From the human T2T-CHM13v2.0 reference genome, Homo sapiens: 64,000 nucleotides of DNA. Where the stretch lies: NCBI RefSeq assembly GCF_009914755.1, contig NC_060937.1, one strand, 5' to 3'. Of this stretch, positions 1 through 11,645 are shown one piece after another. Below the pieces are notes generated by a model that was not told where the DNA came from, made no database searches, and was given only the letters and a program-made list of their open reading frames with translations. Within the stretch, counting starts at the first letter, position 1. The number at the start of each line of letters is the position of its first letter. The translations under genes were made by a program, and so were the position numbers.

Positions 1-560
1 CCTTTTTTCTTACAAGAAGGGTAGCATACTGTAGATATTCTTTTATACTTTTCTGTTTTCACTTAAATTTATGCCTAGTGTTCCACTATTGGAATGCTAA
101 TCAAGTGGGAGTTATTTCTATCCTACAGCTCAAGGTCATCGCCAAGGTCTGCTTGCAAAAGTTCAAAAAAATTGCAGCCTCAGGCATAAATGGGTTAATT
201 GTAGAAGTTATTCCAGATCAGTTCATAAAGATCTTCCACATTACTAATAGCTGTGTAGTACTTCATTGTTGAATGCACCATGGTTAATTAGTATTGTTTC
301 CAATATTTTGCTATAACAAATATGCTATAATGATTGACTTAATGAATGTGTATTTTTGTGTTGTTAAGGATGTATCTTCAGAACAGATTCCTAGAATTGG
401 GATTTTAGAGTCAAAAGATAAGTACATATGTGGTTTTGTTAAGTGTTATCAAATTTTCCTCTGGAAGGCTTGTATCAATCTGCATTCCCACCAGCTACTT
501 ATAAGAATCCCTATTTCCCCAGAATCTCATAAGACAAGGTGATGTCAGATTTTTAGATTT
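1..560 (-). mobile_element. Old L1 (L1ME-like) 3' fragment, interrupted by MER85
   Basis: Degenerate antisense L1 motifs such as attcctagaattgggattttagagtcaaa and tgcattcccaccagc...atccctatttcccc; boundaries approximate. Confidence 0.55.
67..194 (+). mobile_element. MER85 non-autonomous piggyBac (PGBD3-derived) MITE
   Basis: TTAA at 63-66 and 195-198; TIR remnants atttatgcct...aggcataaatggg; body ctcaaggtcatcgccaaggtctg matches the recalled MER85 consensus. Confidence 0.9.
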
Positions 561-1649
561 TTTCAGATAAGAAATGGTATCAAGATCTTTTTAGTTTAAT
601 TTTTCCACCTATTCATTTTGATGTTATTTAACTGAACAAATTAACACCTTTTTTTAACGTGCCGTATCATATAAAGGATTTTTTTAAAACTAGGATATTC
701 TTGCTAATATAACTAAGAAAACTTCATAATGGGCTAAATATAAGAGTGAGATATATATTTGTGAATAGCCTATGTTACCACAGCAGATAAGTATAGGTAC
801 GTTTATTTTTAAATAATATTTTTTAATATTAGGGAAACATTTTCATTGTTTCCTAAAGTTTCATGATGTATCTGGACTCCATTACAAATGTCTTCCTGTC
901 ATAGAATTCTGAGAAATAAGTAGGAGCATATGAAGAGGTCTGTAATAACAGCAATTATGGAAAAGTAATTTACTGATTGTATAAATGGAACAGATTTCAA
1001 ATCGAGTAGATAGACCATAAAAAGCAAGTAGGATATTGAAAATAAATATTTTGGGAGCTAGGAAATTGCTCATTAAATTCACATACCAAATGTCAATATT
1101 TTGCTAACGTTTATATAATTTAGTTTCTTAGTATCTAAAACCATACTTTTTTTTATTTAAAAAAATTCAAATAGTTGCTAAGATGATCAAGTGTTTGCAG
1201 ACATTCTTCCTCTTGTCCACCTGGCAGTATGAAACACTGACATAGAAAAACCTTTGTTTTGTGATCAGTGAATTAAAATACAGCAAGACAAAGTGACTTG
1301 CAGAATTATTTCTACATTGAGAAAAAGGTAGAACCCATTAGGGAATGAACCTTGGTGAAAATATTTAAAACAGGTAAGGAACTGGCTATAAGGAAAGGAC
1401 ACAGACTTTGGTTTTAGGCAAAAATAAGATGTGGCTGTAACTCAGCCACTTGTTAGCAATATAGAAACCAGAGGCTTCCAGCATTCATGGATTTTCAAAA
1501 AAAAAAAAAAAAATGCCCTACCATGACACACACTCTCTACCATTGCCATACCCACATCTACTCAAGCAAAACCTTCTGTTAGCCCTGTACGTTTCAGAAG
1601 AGAATGTCCATAATATTAGTTAATGATATTCTTAACAATAAATTCTTTT

Positions 1650-1810
1650 CATGCATTATTCTATTGAACCACCAAAACAGTCCTAAAGGAAAGGTGTGAT
1701 TATTGTCCCCATTTTACAGAAGAGGAAACTGAGTCTCAGAGAGTTCGAGTAAGTGGCAGAGCCAAGAAACAATGCTAGATTTGGCTCACACAAAGTCCAT
1801 GCTTTAACCC
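1650..1810 (-). mobile_element. MIR SINE
   Basis: Antisense MIR core ccccattttacagaagaggaaactgagtctcagagag. Confidence 0.8.
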
Positions 1811-2542
1811 AGAGACTATACTCCCCAGCAGCTCTACCCTCCACTCAGCGGACTGCCAACAAAAAAATAGGTTTACTGTGAAACAGAGACTGGAGTAACT
1901 GATCTCCATGTCCCACCCACAGCAATAACCATGAACTTGCTTTTTACTGGTTCTTGATTTTTTTAGAATTACATGTATAAAATGTTGCACACAGGCCACT
2001 CATTCTTTCAACTTGGTTCTAAAATGTTTCCCTAAGTGATAGTGCTGAAGCCTGGGCCACATTGCTTTGAACGTTTGTAGAATTGCTTTTGCAGAATATA
2101 CTCTGAAGTGTTACCAGCAGTCAACACTCTGAGGTCTTACAAGAAGACCTCACTATTGAACTTGAGCTCACTATTGAACTTATTGTGTGGACATGCCTCA
2201 GAGAGGAGAAAGAACTTCACTGTACCACCCAGGATTCCCTTTAAAGGGCTCAGAACAGAGCCGGGAAAATCTAGTTCCCAAGCAACTAATCTGACTAAAT
2301 GTAATGGAAAATGTAATTTTCATAAAGTCACTTTCCCCTCATTGACCAATATGACTGTCAGAGTGGCTCACTTTTATTTCTTATAACATGAAATTATTAT
2401 TATACCTTATCCCTGGAGTCATCTCATTTTCCACTTTTCTGCATTTCTCTTATATTTATGTTGTTTTCCTGCGTTTGTGTGTCTATATGTCATTTAAGTT
2501 CAGTTTTCAATGAGGTTACATTTAAATAAACCTCCTCCACAT

Positions 2543-2675
2543 GCCCTTGGGCAAGTTGCTTAAGATTTCTGAATCTTGTCTCATTAGTTAAAAGGTACCT
2601 GCCTTTCTTAGTTGTTAGGACTAGAAGTAGTGTGTGTAAAATGTACAATATAAGCTTGCAATGAATACTAACTAT
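2543..2675 (+). mobile_element. Degenerate MIR fragment
   Basis: ccttgggcaagttgcttaa core-like motif. Confidence 0.45.
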
Positions 2676-4713
2676 AGTTCGCCACTACTGCGAAGTTGGA
2701 GGATTATACTCCTTAAAAATAAGTTTAAAGGTAAGGAAAGAACTTTAAATCTATAGTGTTTTTTAGGAATTCTGAGTTATATTATCATTACTCTATTTGA
2801 ATAGAACGAATCATTGCAAAAGTCTAATCAGGAAGCCAAGTACTAGTTTCTCTACTTCAGTGTACCAAACAGGTCCCCTTTAGTATGTCACTGAATATTT
2901 TTAAATGTATTGGTATTCTTGGATAATGTTAAAGGATAGTAAAATCAGGAAAACAGCACTAATAATTTCTAAAACCCACAAATTTCCAAATGACAACCAA
3001 TTAAATATTACTAAGACATTTGAATATGCTGCTCTTTCCAATGCTCTGAGACGGGATGAGTGGGAGAAAGGGGGATCTCAGCCTTTACTCAATGCCGGTT
3101 TGCTGAATACACTGAGTAGAGAATAAATTCATGATCTCAAAATCATCAGTGACACCCTTTTTCTTTCAGCATCCATCTGTTTTCATTCCCAGAAAGGGTC
3201 AAGAAATCAGTTAAAGTTGCATTCCCTGATCTTTCTCCTACAAAAAACAAGAAGTATGGAAGAAAAAAAAAGATCAAGGATCTTAATGATCCAGTTAAAG
3301 CAAATAATGTACAGTGGTTTCTGGAATCATGCATGTTGAAATATCTCCACTCGGATTTGCAAATTACTCTGGGCACATGCCAAAGTAGAAACTACAAATA
3401 TTCATTGTAATAAAGAAAAACGGTTTTCAAGGTGAAAATGGTCTTTGCCAAACAGATTTAACCAGTCTAACTTAAAAGCCTCTTTAAATTACCAAAACCA
3501 GAGCAGTAAAATATCAACACTACACATTTATATAACGTTTTGTTTAGTGACATTTCTTCATTGAATTCTCAACTGCTGTGGAAACTAACCAAGCCTGTGA
3601 ATTTAAGTGTTTGGCCAAATCTCACAGCATCTGACTCCAGATTCGCAGTTGATAGATAATCCTCAAATCTAGTTAATGCATTTCTGAAATAGACATTTAT
3701 TTCACAGATTTATTTCACACACAAAGGGAAGCAACACTTGAGAAATATTTAACATTTTTTTTCTCTGGGAAAAGTTGGCAATTAAAAAAAAAATAACTCA
3801 TGGTAAAAATTCCAGGAAGAAATAGCAAAGTTAATTTTGGTTAGAGTCATCTACAGGAAGAAAAGAAAGATACAAGAGCTCTGAGGAAAACATATAGACT
3901 ATGAATGAGTGGGAAAATGAGATGATGCCTAGCCTTTTCAAACCTTCAGGCATAAGAATACATGAAGGACCCATGACAAGGAAAACAGATAGTATTGAGT
4001 GCAGGAATGAAGGGTTATAAATATATTTTTGCCGTCTTGGGAACAGCCATAAGGATAAAATGATAATGTCAAAAATAGCAGTTGATTAAGAAATGGCATT
4101 GATTTTCCCATACTACTAGAGGCACAGAAATAAGAAACCAGGATAAATGAAGTTAGTGTTGGATGACATAGTAAAAGCCTGACTTGCAAGTAAAAAAAAT
4201 TAAAAAAAGAGAGAGAAATAGTTGAGGATGAGCAGTGGGCGCCATTTGCTTCCTTGCTGTGAAATATTCACCCATCAGCTTCAACGATAATTCATTAATT
4301 TATTGAAGCTTCATTAGCCATTTCCTTTACACCTAGCACTGGATTAGCCGCTGTGGGGTTCAGAAAAAAAAAACGAAGAGACAGAAATCCTACATTCGGG
4401 GACCTCAGAACTTAGTAGGGGACAAGAAAAACATTGTCATTTTGGTCTGGTCGCAGGAGGCAATGTCTAGGTGTGCAGCAGATTGCAGGGGAGGGCAGAT
4501 GGTAGTAGGGAGATTTGATTCCCTTCTGACTTAATTCTCACTGCTTTTTTGTATCACCTTCCCACTGTGGACCCCATGGCCCTAACATTGCCCTGGAACG
4601 GTACAGCTTCTTGTTCAGTGTTTATCTGAACCTACTTCTGGATGGCATTTCCTCCTGCGTCTTCATGTTCTCTGCTCCCCTTCGGCCATTGTATCTATGA
4701 AGAAGGCATTGTC

Positions 4714-5016
4714 ACCATGTGCCATGGCTCACCCCTGTAATCCCAGCACTTTGGGAGGCTGAGGCAGGAGGATCACTTGAACCCAGGAATTTGAGAATTT
4801 GAGACCAGCCTGGTCAACATAGCAAGACCCTATCTCTATGAAAACAATTTAAAAATCAGCTAAGCGTGACAGCCTGCATCTGTAATCTCAGCTACTTGGA
4901 GGCTGAAGTGGGAGGATCCTTAGACTCAGGGAGCTGAGGCTGCAGTAAGACGACTGCATCACTGCACTGCAGCCTAGGTGACAGAGGGAGATCTTATCTC
5001 AAAAAAAAAAAAAAAA
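4714..5016 (+). mobile_element. AluJ SINE
   Basis: Dimeric Alu with J-type gaggatcacttga and ggaggatcc; A tail at 5001-5016; TSD aga(a)ggcattgtc at 4701-4713 and about 5016-5027. Confidence 0.93.
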
Positions 5017-5267
5017 GAGGCATTGTCCCTGTGGTCACTATCTCCTCCCTCCTCCCCAACCCCCCACTGATCCTAGCAGTGTTCTCCACATCAGGGACTG
5101 ACTGATTCATAGTTATGAGCAATGATTTACTGATTGAAGAGTGGCATCTATGGATTGAGGACATTGAAGATACACTGTGGTAATAACAAATAATTTGCCT
5201 CAGATACCTGGGACCTGGTTGAGCAAATAAGACTGTGAAATCAGAAGACATGAGATCTGCTTTCTAA

Positions 5268-6020
5268 GACCTCCTCACTGTTCCTCAAACCCTCCAGGCA
5301 TCATCACACCTCAGGGCCCTCACACTTGCTGTTCCCTGCTCCTGCACTGCTCTTGCCGCAGAAATATATGTGGCACCTCCAGTCATTCCATTGAGACTTT
5401 CACTCAAAATGCACCTTCTTAGTGACTCTTTCCCCTGTTACTTGATATAAAATTTTCATCATCCTCCCCACCACCATTTATTAAGGAGCTCCTCTCTTTA
5501 ATTTATCACAGTGTACTTTACCTATCTGTTTGTTTGGGTATTGATGTGGTTTGGCTGGGTCACCACCCAAAATTCATCTTCAACTATAGTTCCCATAATC
5601 CCCACATGTTGTGGGAGGGACCAGGTAGAGATAATTGAATCACGGGTACAGTTCCCCCATACTGTTCTTATGGTAGTGAATAAGTCTCATGAGATCTGAT
5701 GGTTTTATAAGGAGTTTCCCTGTTCGATTGGTTCTCTCTCATTCTCTCTTGTCTGCTGCCATGTAAGATGTGCCTTTCACCTTCACCATGATTGTGAGGG
5801 CTCCCCAGCCACGTAGAACTGTGAGTCCATTAAACCTCTTTTTCTTTATAAATAACCCAGTCTCGGGTAGGTCTTTATCAGCATCATGAAAACAAATACA
5901 GGTATTTTTTCTCCATCTCTTGAACTAGGGGTTTGGTCTGTTTTGTTTTGCCATATTCTCAGCAGCAATTCCTGGAACGTAATAGATGCTGTGTAAATAT
6001 TTGTTGAATAAATTACTGAA
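5268..6020 (+). mobile_element. L2 3' fragment split by a THE1 solo LTR
   Basis: cacacctcagggccctcacacttgctgttccct upstream of the LTR; L2 terminus-like taaatatttgttgaataaat downstream. Confidence 0.7.
5542..5900 (+). mobile_element. THE1 (C/D-like) MaLR solo LTR
   Basis: Starts tgatgtggtttggctg and ends aataca; exact 5-bp TSD ggtat at 5537-5541 and 5901-5905; attaaa polyA signal. Confidence 0.93.
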
Positions 6021-7669
6021 TAACAGAGTGCTGTTAACTTCTGCTTTCTTCTCTGTATTGTGGATTTAATAACACTTCCTCTGCCTATCTCACCAATTTT
6101 TGTGAAAATCCAATGAAATTGTGAGAGCGTGGGTGTGTTTTGAAAACTCTATCGTGCTTCCCATGATACTAATAGTAGCAGTACTGTCCTTGTTACACAT
6201 TACTCAACATCATTATAATCTTCCAATGTCCTTCCAATTGACATCCTAGAAGGCTTCCAATTGTTCCACTGTGCTGTTGTAGAATATACCACCATCATGA
6301 GACTGTCACCAGCAAAAGCTAGCCTGCTAAGCAGGCACAGAGAATGTGCACCAATAGACGTTATTGCTAGACTCAGACTTCTGGGTGACCTCCTGGCACC
6401 AGCGCTAAGGTGCCAGGATGGCCTTCAGAGAGCAACATGATTTTTCTACTCTCCTTATCTCTTTAGGGAGATAGGGCAGGAGAAGTAGCAGAAATTTGCC
6501 AATCCTCTTACTGAGAGGGGAAAACAGGCTTCCTGACAGCTCTTATTACGTTATTACAGTTCAGCCTGGTTTCTGGGTCCCTATGCCAGTGAAGCCACTC
6601 CTTCAGTGCCTACCAGTAAGAGGCAATTTGCAACTAGCACCATAAATGGCATTTGTAATCTAGCTAGTAGTGTCGTAAATGCATCCTATTGGTCATGAGC
6701 TGAACCAGGGCAATCAAATGTCCCTGCTAGATAATCCACTTTGGGAATGTGATTAGCATTGTCTTCATTGACAGATGGCAAAAGATACTGACTTCCATCA
6801 CATGTATAAGTTCTGACCCTAACAAGTGGTATATAAACCTAATTTCTCAAACTTTTTTCAAGGACTTAGAGCTCTGTAATGGAATATTACTAGATTGATT
6901 GCTGTGCCTTAATAATTAGAAAGTCTTCATAAGCTGCTTACCCTTGATAAATAGGATTGTTGAAACCTCCTTGCTTCTGGTGGGCTAATAAGGTTGAAGT
7001 GTCAAGTTTTCAAATGCATTATAATCTTAGCACAACAGGATTCTTCAAACCTATCCATCATCTGCCCTCAAAATCCACTACAGTCACATCTTACTTTAAA
7101 CAGGCTATCTTGCACACTCAACTTTTTTTAAAGTTAAGGTGCTGCTTTAACAGCTTGGCAGGCTGTTTTGCATCACAAGCTTCCACATGCATCTAAGGCA
7201 TATACTCTTGTTGCTTTTTGAATTTTCTCTCTGGCAATTACTCAGCTTGGTTTGTGTTTCCCAAGATGCAGAGCACTTTACGAGAGTATGTATTTGTTTC
7301 CAAATTCCGTATTGCTGGACGTGTTCAAAACGTATCCATTAAGTATAATAGCATATATAATGGAAAGTGTAAAGAGATATTCTTAACGAAAGAGTACATA
7401 ATAATTGCACAAAATTAAAGGACTCTTCTTAAAGGATATAATTGTTTCTTTCATTAAAAAAAGGATAACAATCTTGCACAGATTCTGTGGCACTTTCAAC
7501 ATGGCTTCAAGGAGATTTTTGTCTTACTCTTTAGTTTTACTGCATAGAATTTGGGTTAGAAGTGATACAAACTGTAGAAACACCTTTCTAGTGAATTTTA
7601 GAAATTTTAAGAACATTTATATTTCTTATTAAAGATAGTAAAGCATCATTAAATATATGAAAGTGTTTT

Positions 7670-8290
7670 GATTCAACAATATTCAGTAAATATCTAGAGT
7701 GCCTGCTAGATATGCTACCACATAAGGATGTGGGAATACCACAGAGTTTCTCCATGTAAGGTAGTGGAAATAAAAACATAAAAAAGACATGGCCTCTGTT
7801 ACACAGAGTTCCCAGTCTGGTGGGGAGAAAGACGCATAAACAGTTAAATAAAGCATCATGTTAATCAGGCTGTAGCCTGGCTACATATGTTGAAAATGCT
7901 ATAGCAAAACAGATGAGTGTGATTAATGTTACCTAGATAAGGGCAAAGAAGTCTTTTTATAGGAGGTAGTATTTGAACTGGGTCTTAAAATATAAAAGGA
8001 AATTGATCAGGGATTTGGGTCAGGTCATGCATTATAAGCAGAGAGGACAGCAAGAGCAAAGAAATGGTGCAATGAAGGTACTTTGTCTAAAAAATGGTCT
8101 AACTAAACCATAGCATGTAGAGGTGGGTTGGCAGGGAAGGAAAAGGGGTGAAAATGCCTAACGGTATCATTATTGAAAGTTTGGTTGGGGCCAGGTTATG
8201 AACTGCCTCATATGCTATGCTGTGGAGTTGATATATTTATGCTATGGAGATTCAACTTCATGTTGTAGGACGAGGGAACCATTTATTGTA
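7670..8290 (-). mobile_element. Degenerate L2 fragment
   Basis: attcagtaaatatctagagtgcctgcta and cagtctggtggggagaaagac are typical antisense L2 3' motifs. Confidence 0.55.
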
Positions 8291-9314
8291 TTTCAAACTG
8301 ATGCATCTCCTTTAAAACTCCTCTAGAGATTTCAACTCTTCTATACTCCTCTCAATGTTATATCCCTCAGTTTATGCCTTACATCGTTTAACAATTAAGT
8401 CTGTACCGATTTGTACACGGTGTTTTTGTTTCATTTGTTTCATTTTTCCCCTTAGTGTCCTCTTCCAAACTTAATTTTAAGCTTCTTGGGGGCCTGCCTT
8501 AGCCAGGCAATTAATTATGTGTCCCTTAATCTCAATCAAACTAAGGTCAGGAGCCCCTTATTAAAGGTCCTCTGTTGAAGCTATGCCCCTTGGGACTCTG
8601 GCTCATTGAACTCTCAGGAAGTCCCTTAGGAAAGCTCCCCTTTCTGCACTGCCTTTGCCCACCCTCACCACCTTGGGGCCACTACTCTGGGACTCTATTC
8701 TCTCTCAAGTGGCCTCTTACAAATACAACCATCCTAGGCAGCTGTCACATCACCTCCCGTTTTCTCAAGCTCAGCTTCTACCAAATATGCATGTCAGAAA
8801 GGGTTTTAGAGGAGCTAAAATCAGTGACTTCATTTTTGAAGAGAATGACTGTCATGGGTAATTGACAGAATTACTGCATCTTAGCCATAGAAGCATTGGA
8901 AATTGTGCAGAAGCTAAATGGTTTTTGCCACTCAATATAGTTAAACTCTGGAATGACTTTCGGGGGATACGTGATGAAAGTAGCGTGTTTTTCTTTAACC
9001 CTGGCTACTGAACTGGAATTATGGAGGGTCACTGGCATTTTTTCAAAGCTCTGTAGGCAATTTGGATAAACAACCAGAGCTAAAACTCTGGATTAGAGAG
9101 TTAGACCGACTTTTGAAGTGTAACAGGGACTAGGGTTGTCACCTTCCACATGAAATCATGAGCTTTTGGGGGCTAAAAGCCCAAAGGTAGTAATTGTTAA
9201 AATTATATTTTAAAATTTTTACCTAATTCTTTTAGGTATTACCCAATAAATTCACAATAGAGTGTGAAGGAAGAAATAGAAGCTGCAGTGAACCATGGTA
9301 GTTCCTTAAATCTG

Positions 9315-9428
9315 ACCCCCTGTCCGATTAACTGAGAACAATCACACTTGTCCCAACATAATTATAGCCACCTCCCTTTCACTTTCAAAAGTATTCCTGT
9401 TTGGGCAACAAATGATAAGCTCATCCCA
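9315..9428 (-). mobile_element. MER94-like hAT-Blackjack MITE
   Basis: ttgtcccaacataattatagccacctccctttcactttcaaaagtattcctgtttgg resembles the antisense MER94 consensus. Confidence 0.55.
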
Positions 9429-10123
9429 TCTATATATGTAACTCCAGGTCTGTAAACACCCATTTTCTGGGTAGTTGATACTTAGGGAAACAATTAGATA
9501 TTTCTTTTCCACGATGATTAGAAGGAAAGAAAAACAAAATAGTTTCCTAAGAGTTAAATTAGTAAATCAGTACAGATAATATTCTTACTTCAGAGATATA
9601 GATACTTATATTCAGAAAAGCTACCTAGTTTAACCAGGTATTTTAGTACATTTATTTTTAAAAGATATTAGCTGAAATGGATGGTGGAGCTGAAAAAAAA
9701 GAGAGGGGCTTCAAAAAAGCAAATTTGGACAGGCATGTATTGGTGGAAAAGGTGCTGAATGAGAGGAATATGAACACTCTGCTAATAATTAAAAGGATTA
9801 AAAGTCCTAGAAGTCACCTTTCTTAGTTTCTTCTAATGCTTTGTTCACCAGATGGCATTCTGAGTCCGGATATAAGCTGTTCAGGTCCTATGATCAAAGA
9901 AGAGGGGACTCTAAACCGAGGAAGTAAATCTTGCTAGCTCTGGAAAAGAATACCCGCCCCGCCATTCCTAATTTAAAACTTGACTTTTTGGTTAGTGCAT
10001 CAGCCCAGGTGGTTGTGGTTAGGGCCAGTGTCACGGAGGATGGCTGATTGTCACTCGCAAAGCCCAGCCTCTGTGCCAGCAGAGCTGAGATGTGAACCTG
10101 AACAGTGGTAAATTCATTTAGAT

Positions 10124-10282
10124 CAGTGGAGTCGCCCGGAGGGCCTGTTAAACCACAAAGCGCTGTGCTCCGCTGCCAGGGTTTCTAATTCAGTAGGTCT
10201 GGGGTGGGGAATGTGTGTTTCTAACAAGTCCCCAAGTGCTGCTGATGCTGCTGATACTGGGCCACACTTTGGATAACCACTG
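10124..10282. mobile_element. MER5A hAT-Charlie MITE
   Basis: gtttctaattcagtaggtctggggtgggg...tctaacaagtccccaagtgctgctgatgctgctg...ccacactttggataaccactg. Confidence 0.85.
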
Positions 10283-11489
10283 ATCCAAATAATCCCACCT
10301 TTTGACACCTCCTGGCGGCCAGCTGCTGGCCTCCTTAGAGCCTCAAGGTCAGCCTTTCCTTCTATTTGAAAACTCAACAATCATCTTACCTACCTTCAAG
10401 CCCACCTTTGAGAAAAGAGAGTTCAGAAGAGGTCGTCTAATCCACGTGGCTCACAAAGCCAATTATGCCATTATTTGTTTGCACTTTATAAGGATGCATT
10501 TACCAAGTGGGTTAGGAGACCTGTGGGAAATTCACTGAATTTCTTATGTTAATCTGTCAGTGTAAATCATGGGGGAGTGATTTCGACTTTAAAGCAAGTA
10601 CTTCTTGTATGCTCTGTATTAGAGAGCTTAGAGAGCTGTGGACTGATCTGAGTCTCAAACCCGAATTAATCTTATTCTCTGCACACCTGCACTCACACAC
10701 ACATCCACACCTAAAAAAATCCCCATTCCAAATACACAAAACGTATTTGAAAAATGACTAGAAGTAATAATTACCATGTGTCTCAGAAGGTTTGTATGAC
10801 TAGATTCATATGCCAGCTTTATTCTCGTCCTGTGTTTGGATATTGTCGTCTGACAGGGAAGGAAGCTGGTCTTCAGATTGTTGACTGTTAGCCCCACACC
10901 TAGGTGAGAGAAAAGCAGGGGCTCAGCGAAGACCCTGAGGGAGCTGAGAATCAGCCCTGGTGAAAGTGTGAGGGTCTGTCTTTTAGTTAAACACAGGGTG
11001 AAGCAGTTATATACTTTAAATGTATGTTACAATTCTACAATTGCAAGAATGACAAGAATAATATTGCAAACTGTGGTCACTAGCAAAGAAAGGAGGAGAA
11101 AGAAAAGGTAATCATCTAGGATAGCACTGGCCAAAAATCCTACTCACCAAAGTGATTTGCTTAGAGCAAATCACTACAGAAAGGACAACAAATTTAAAAT
11201 TTAAATGTAAATCTACTATTATAATAAAATGAAACGTGATTATTTTACCAGATTTTTAGGTCTTCTGACCTAAGGCTGTTTAGAGTACTTGAAAAGAATA
11301 GTTTATAGTTCAAAGAGAAATGTATAATTTAACTGAATAAACTGTAAGTAAACCAAATTAATGGGTACACTTTTTAGCAAAGAACCTTTATCACTTGGAG
11401 TCTTAGCAGTAATTGTTGGATGTAGTCAAATAAAGTTTTTGCAACCTGGAATTTACTGATTCTCCAATAAGCCCAACTCAGTAGATTTA

Positions 11490-11645
11490 ACTAGTTTTGA
11501 ATCATGGATCCCTTTGGGAAGTCTTTGAAAGACAAGTGCCCTTTTCCTAAAAAAAACAAAAAGTAAAAAAATAGCCATAGCTACACAGATACAGAATTTT
11601 GAGAATATGGCGGGTGTCCCTGGATGTTTTGAAACCCACTGATGA
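11490..11645. mobile_element. Probable hAT-Charlie MITE (MER117-like)
   Basis: catggatccctttgggaagtctttgaaagac...gaattttg...gaaacccact resembles the family; weak match. Confidence 0.35.
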
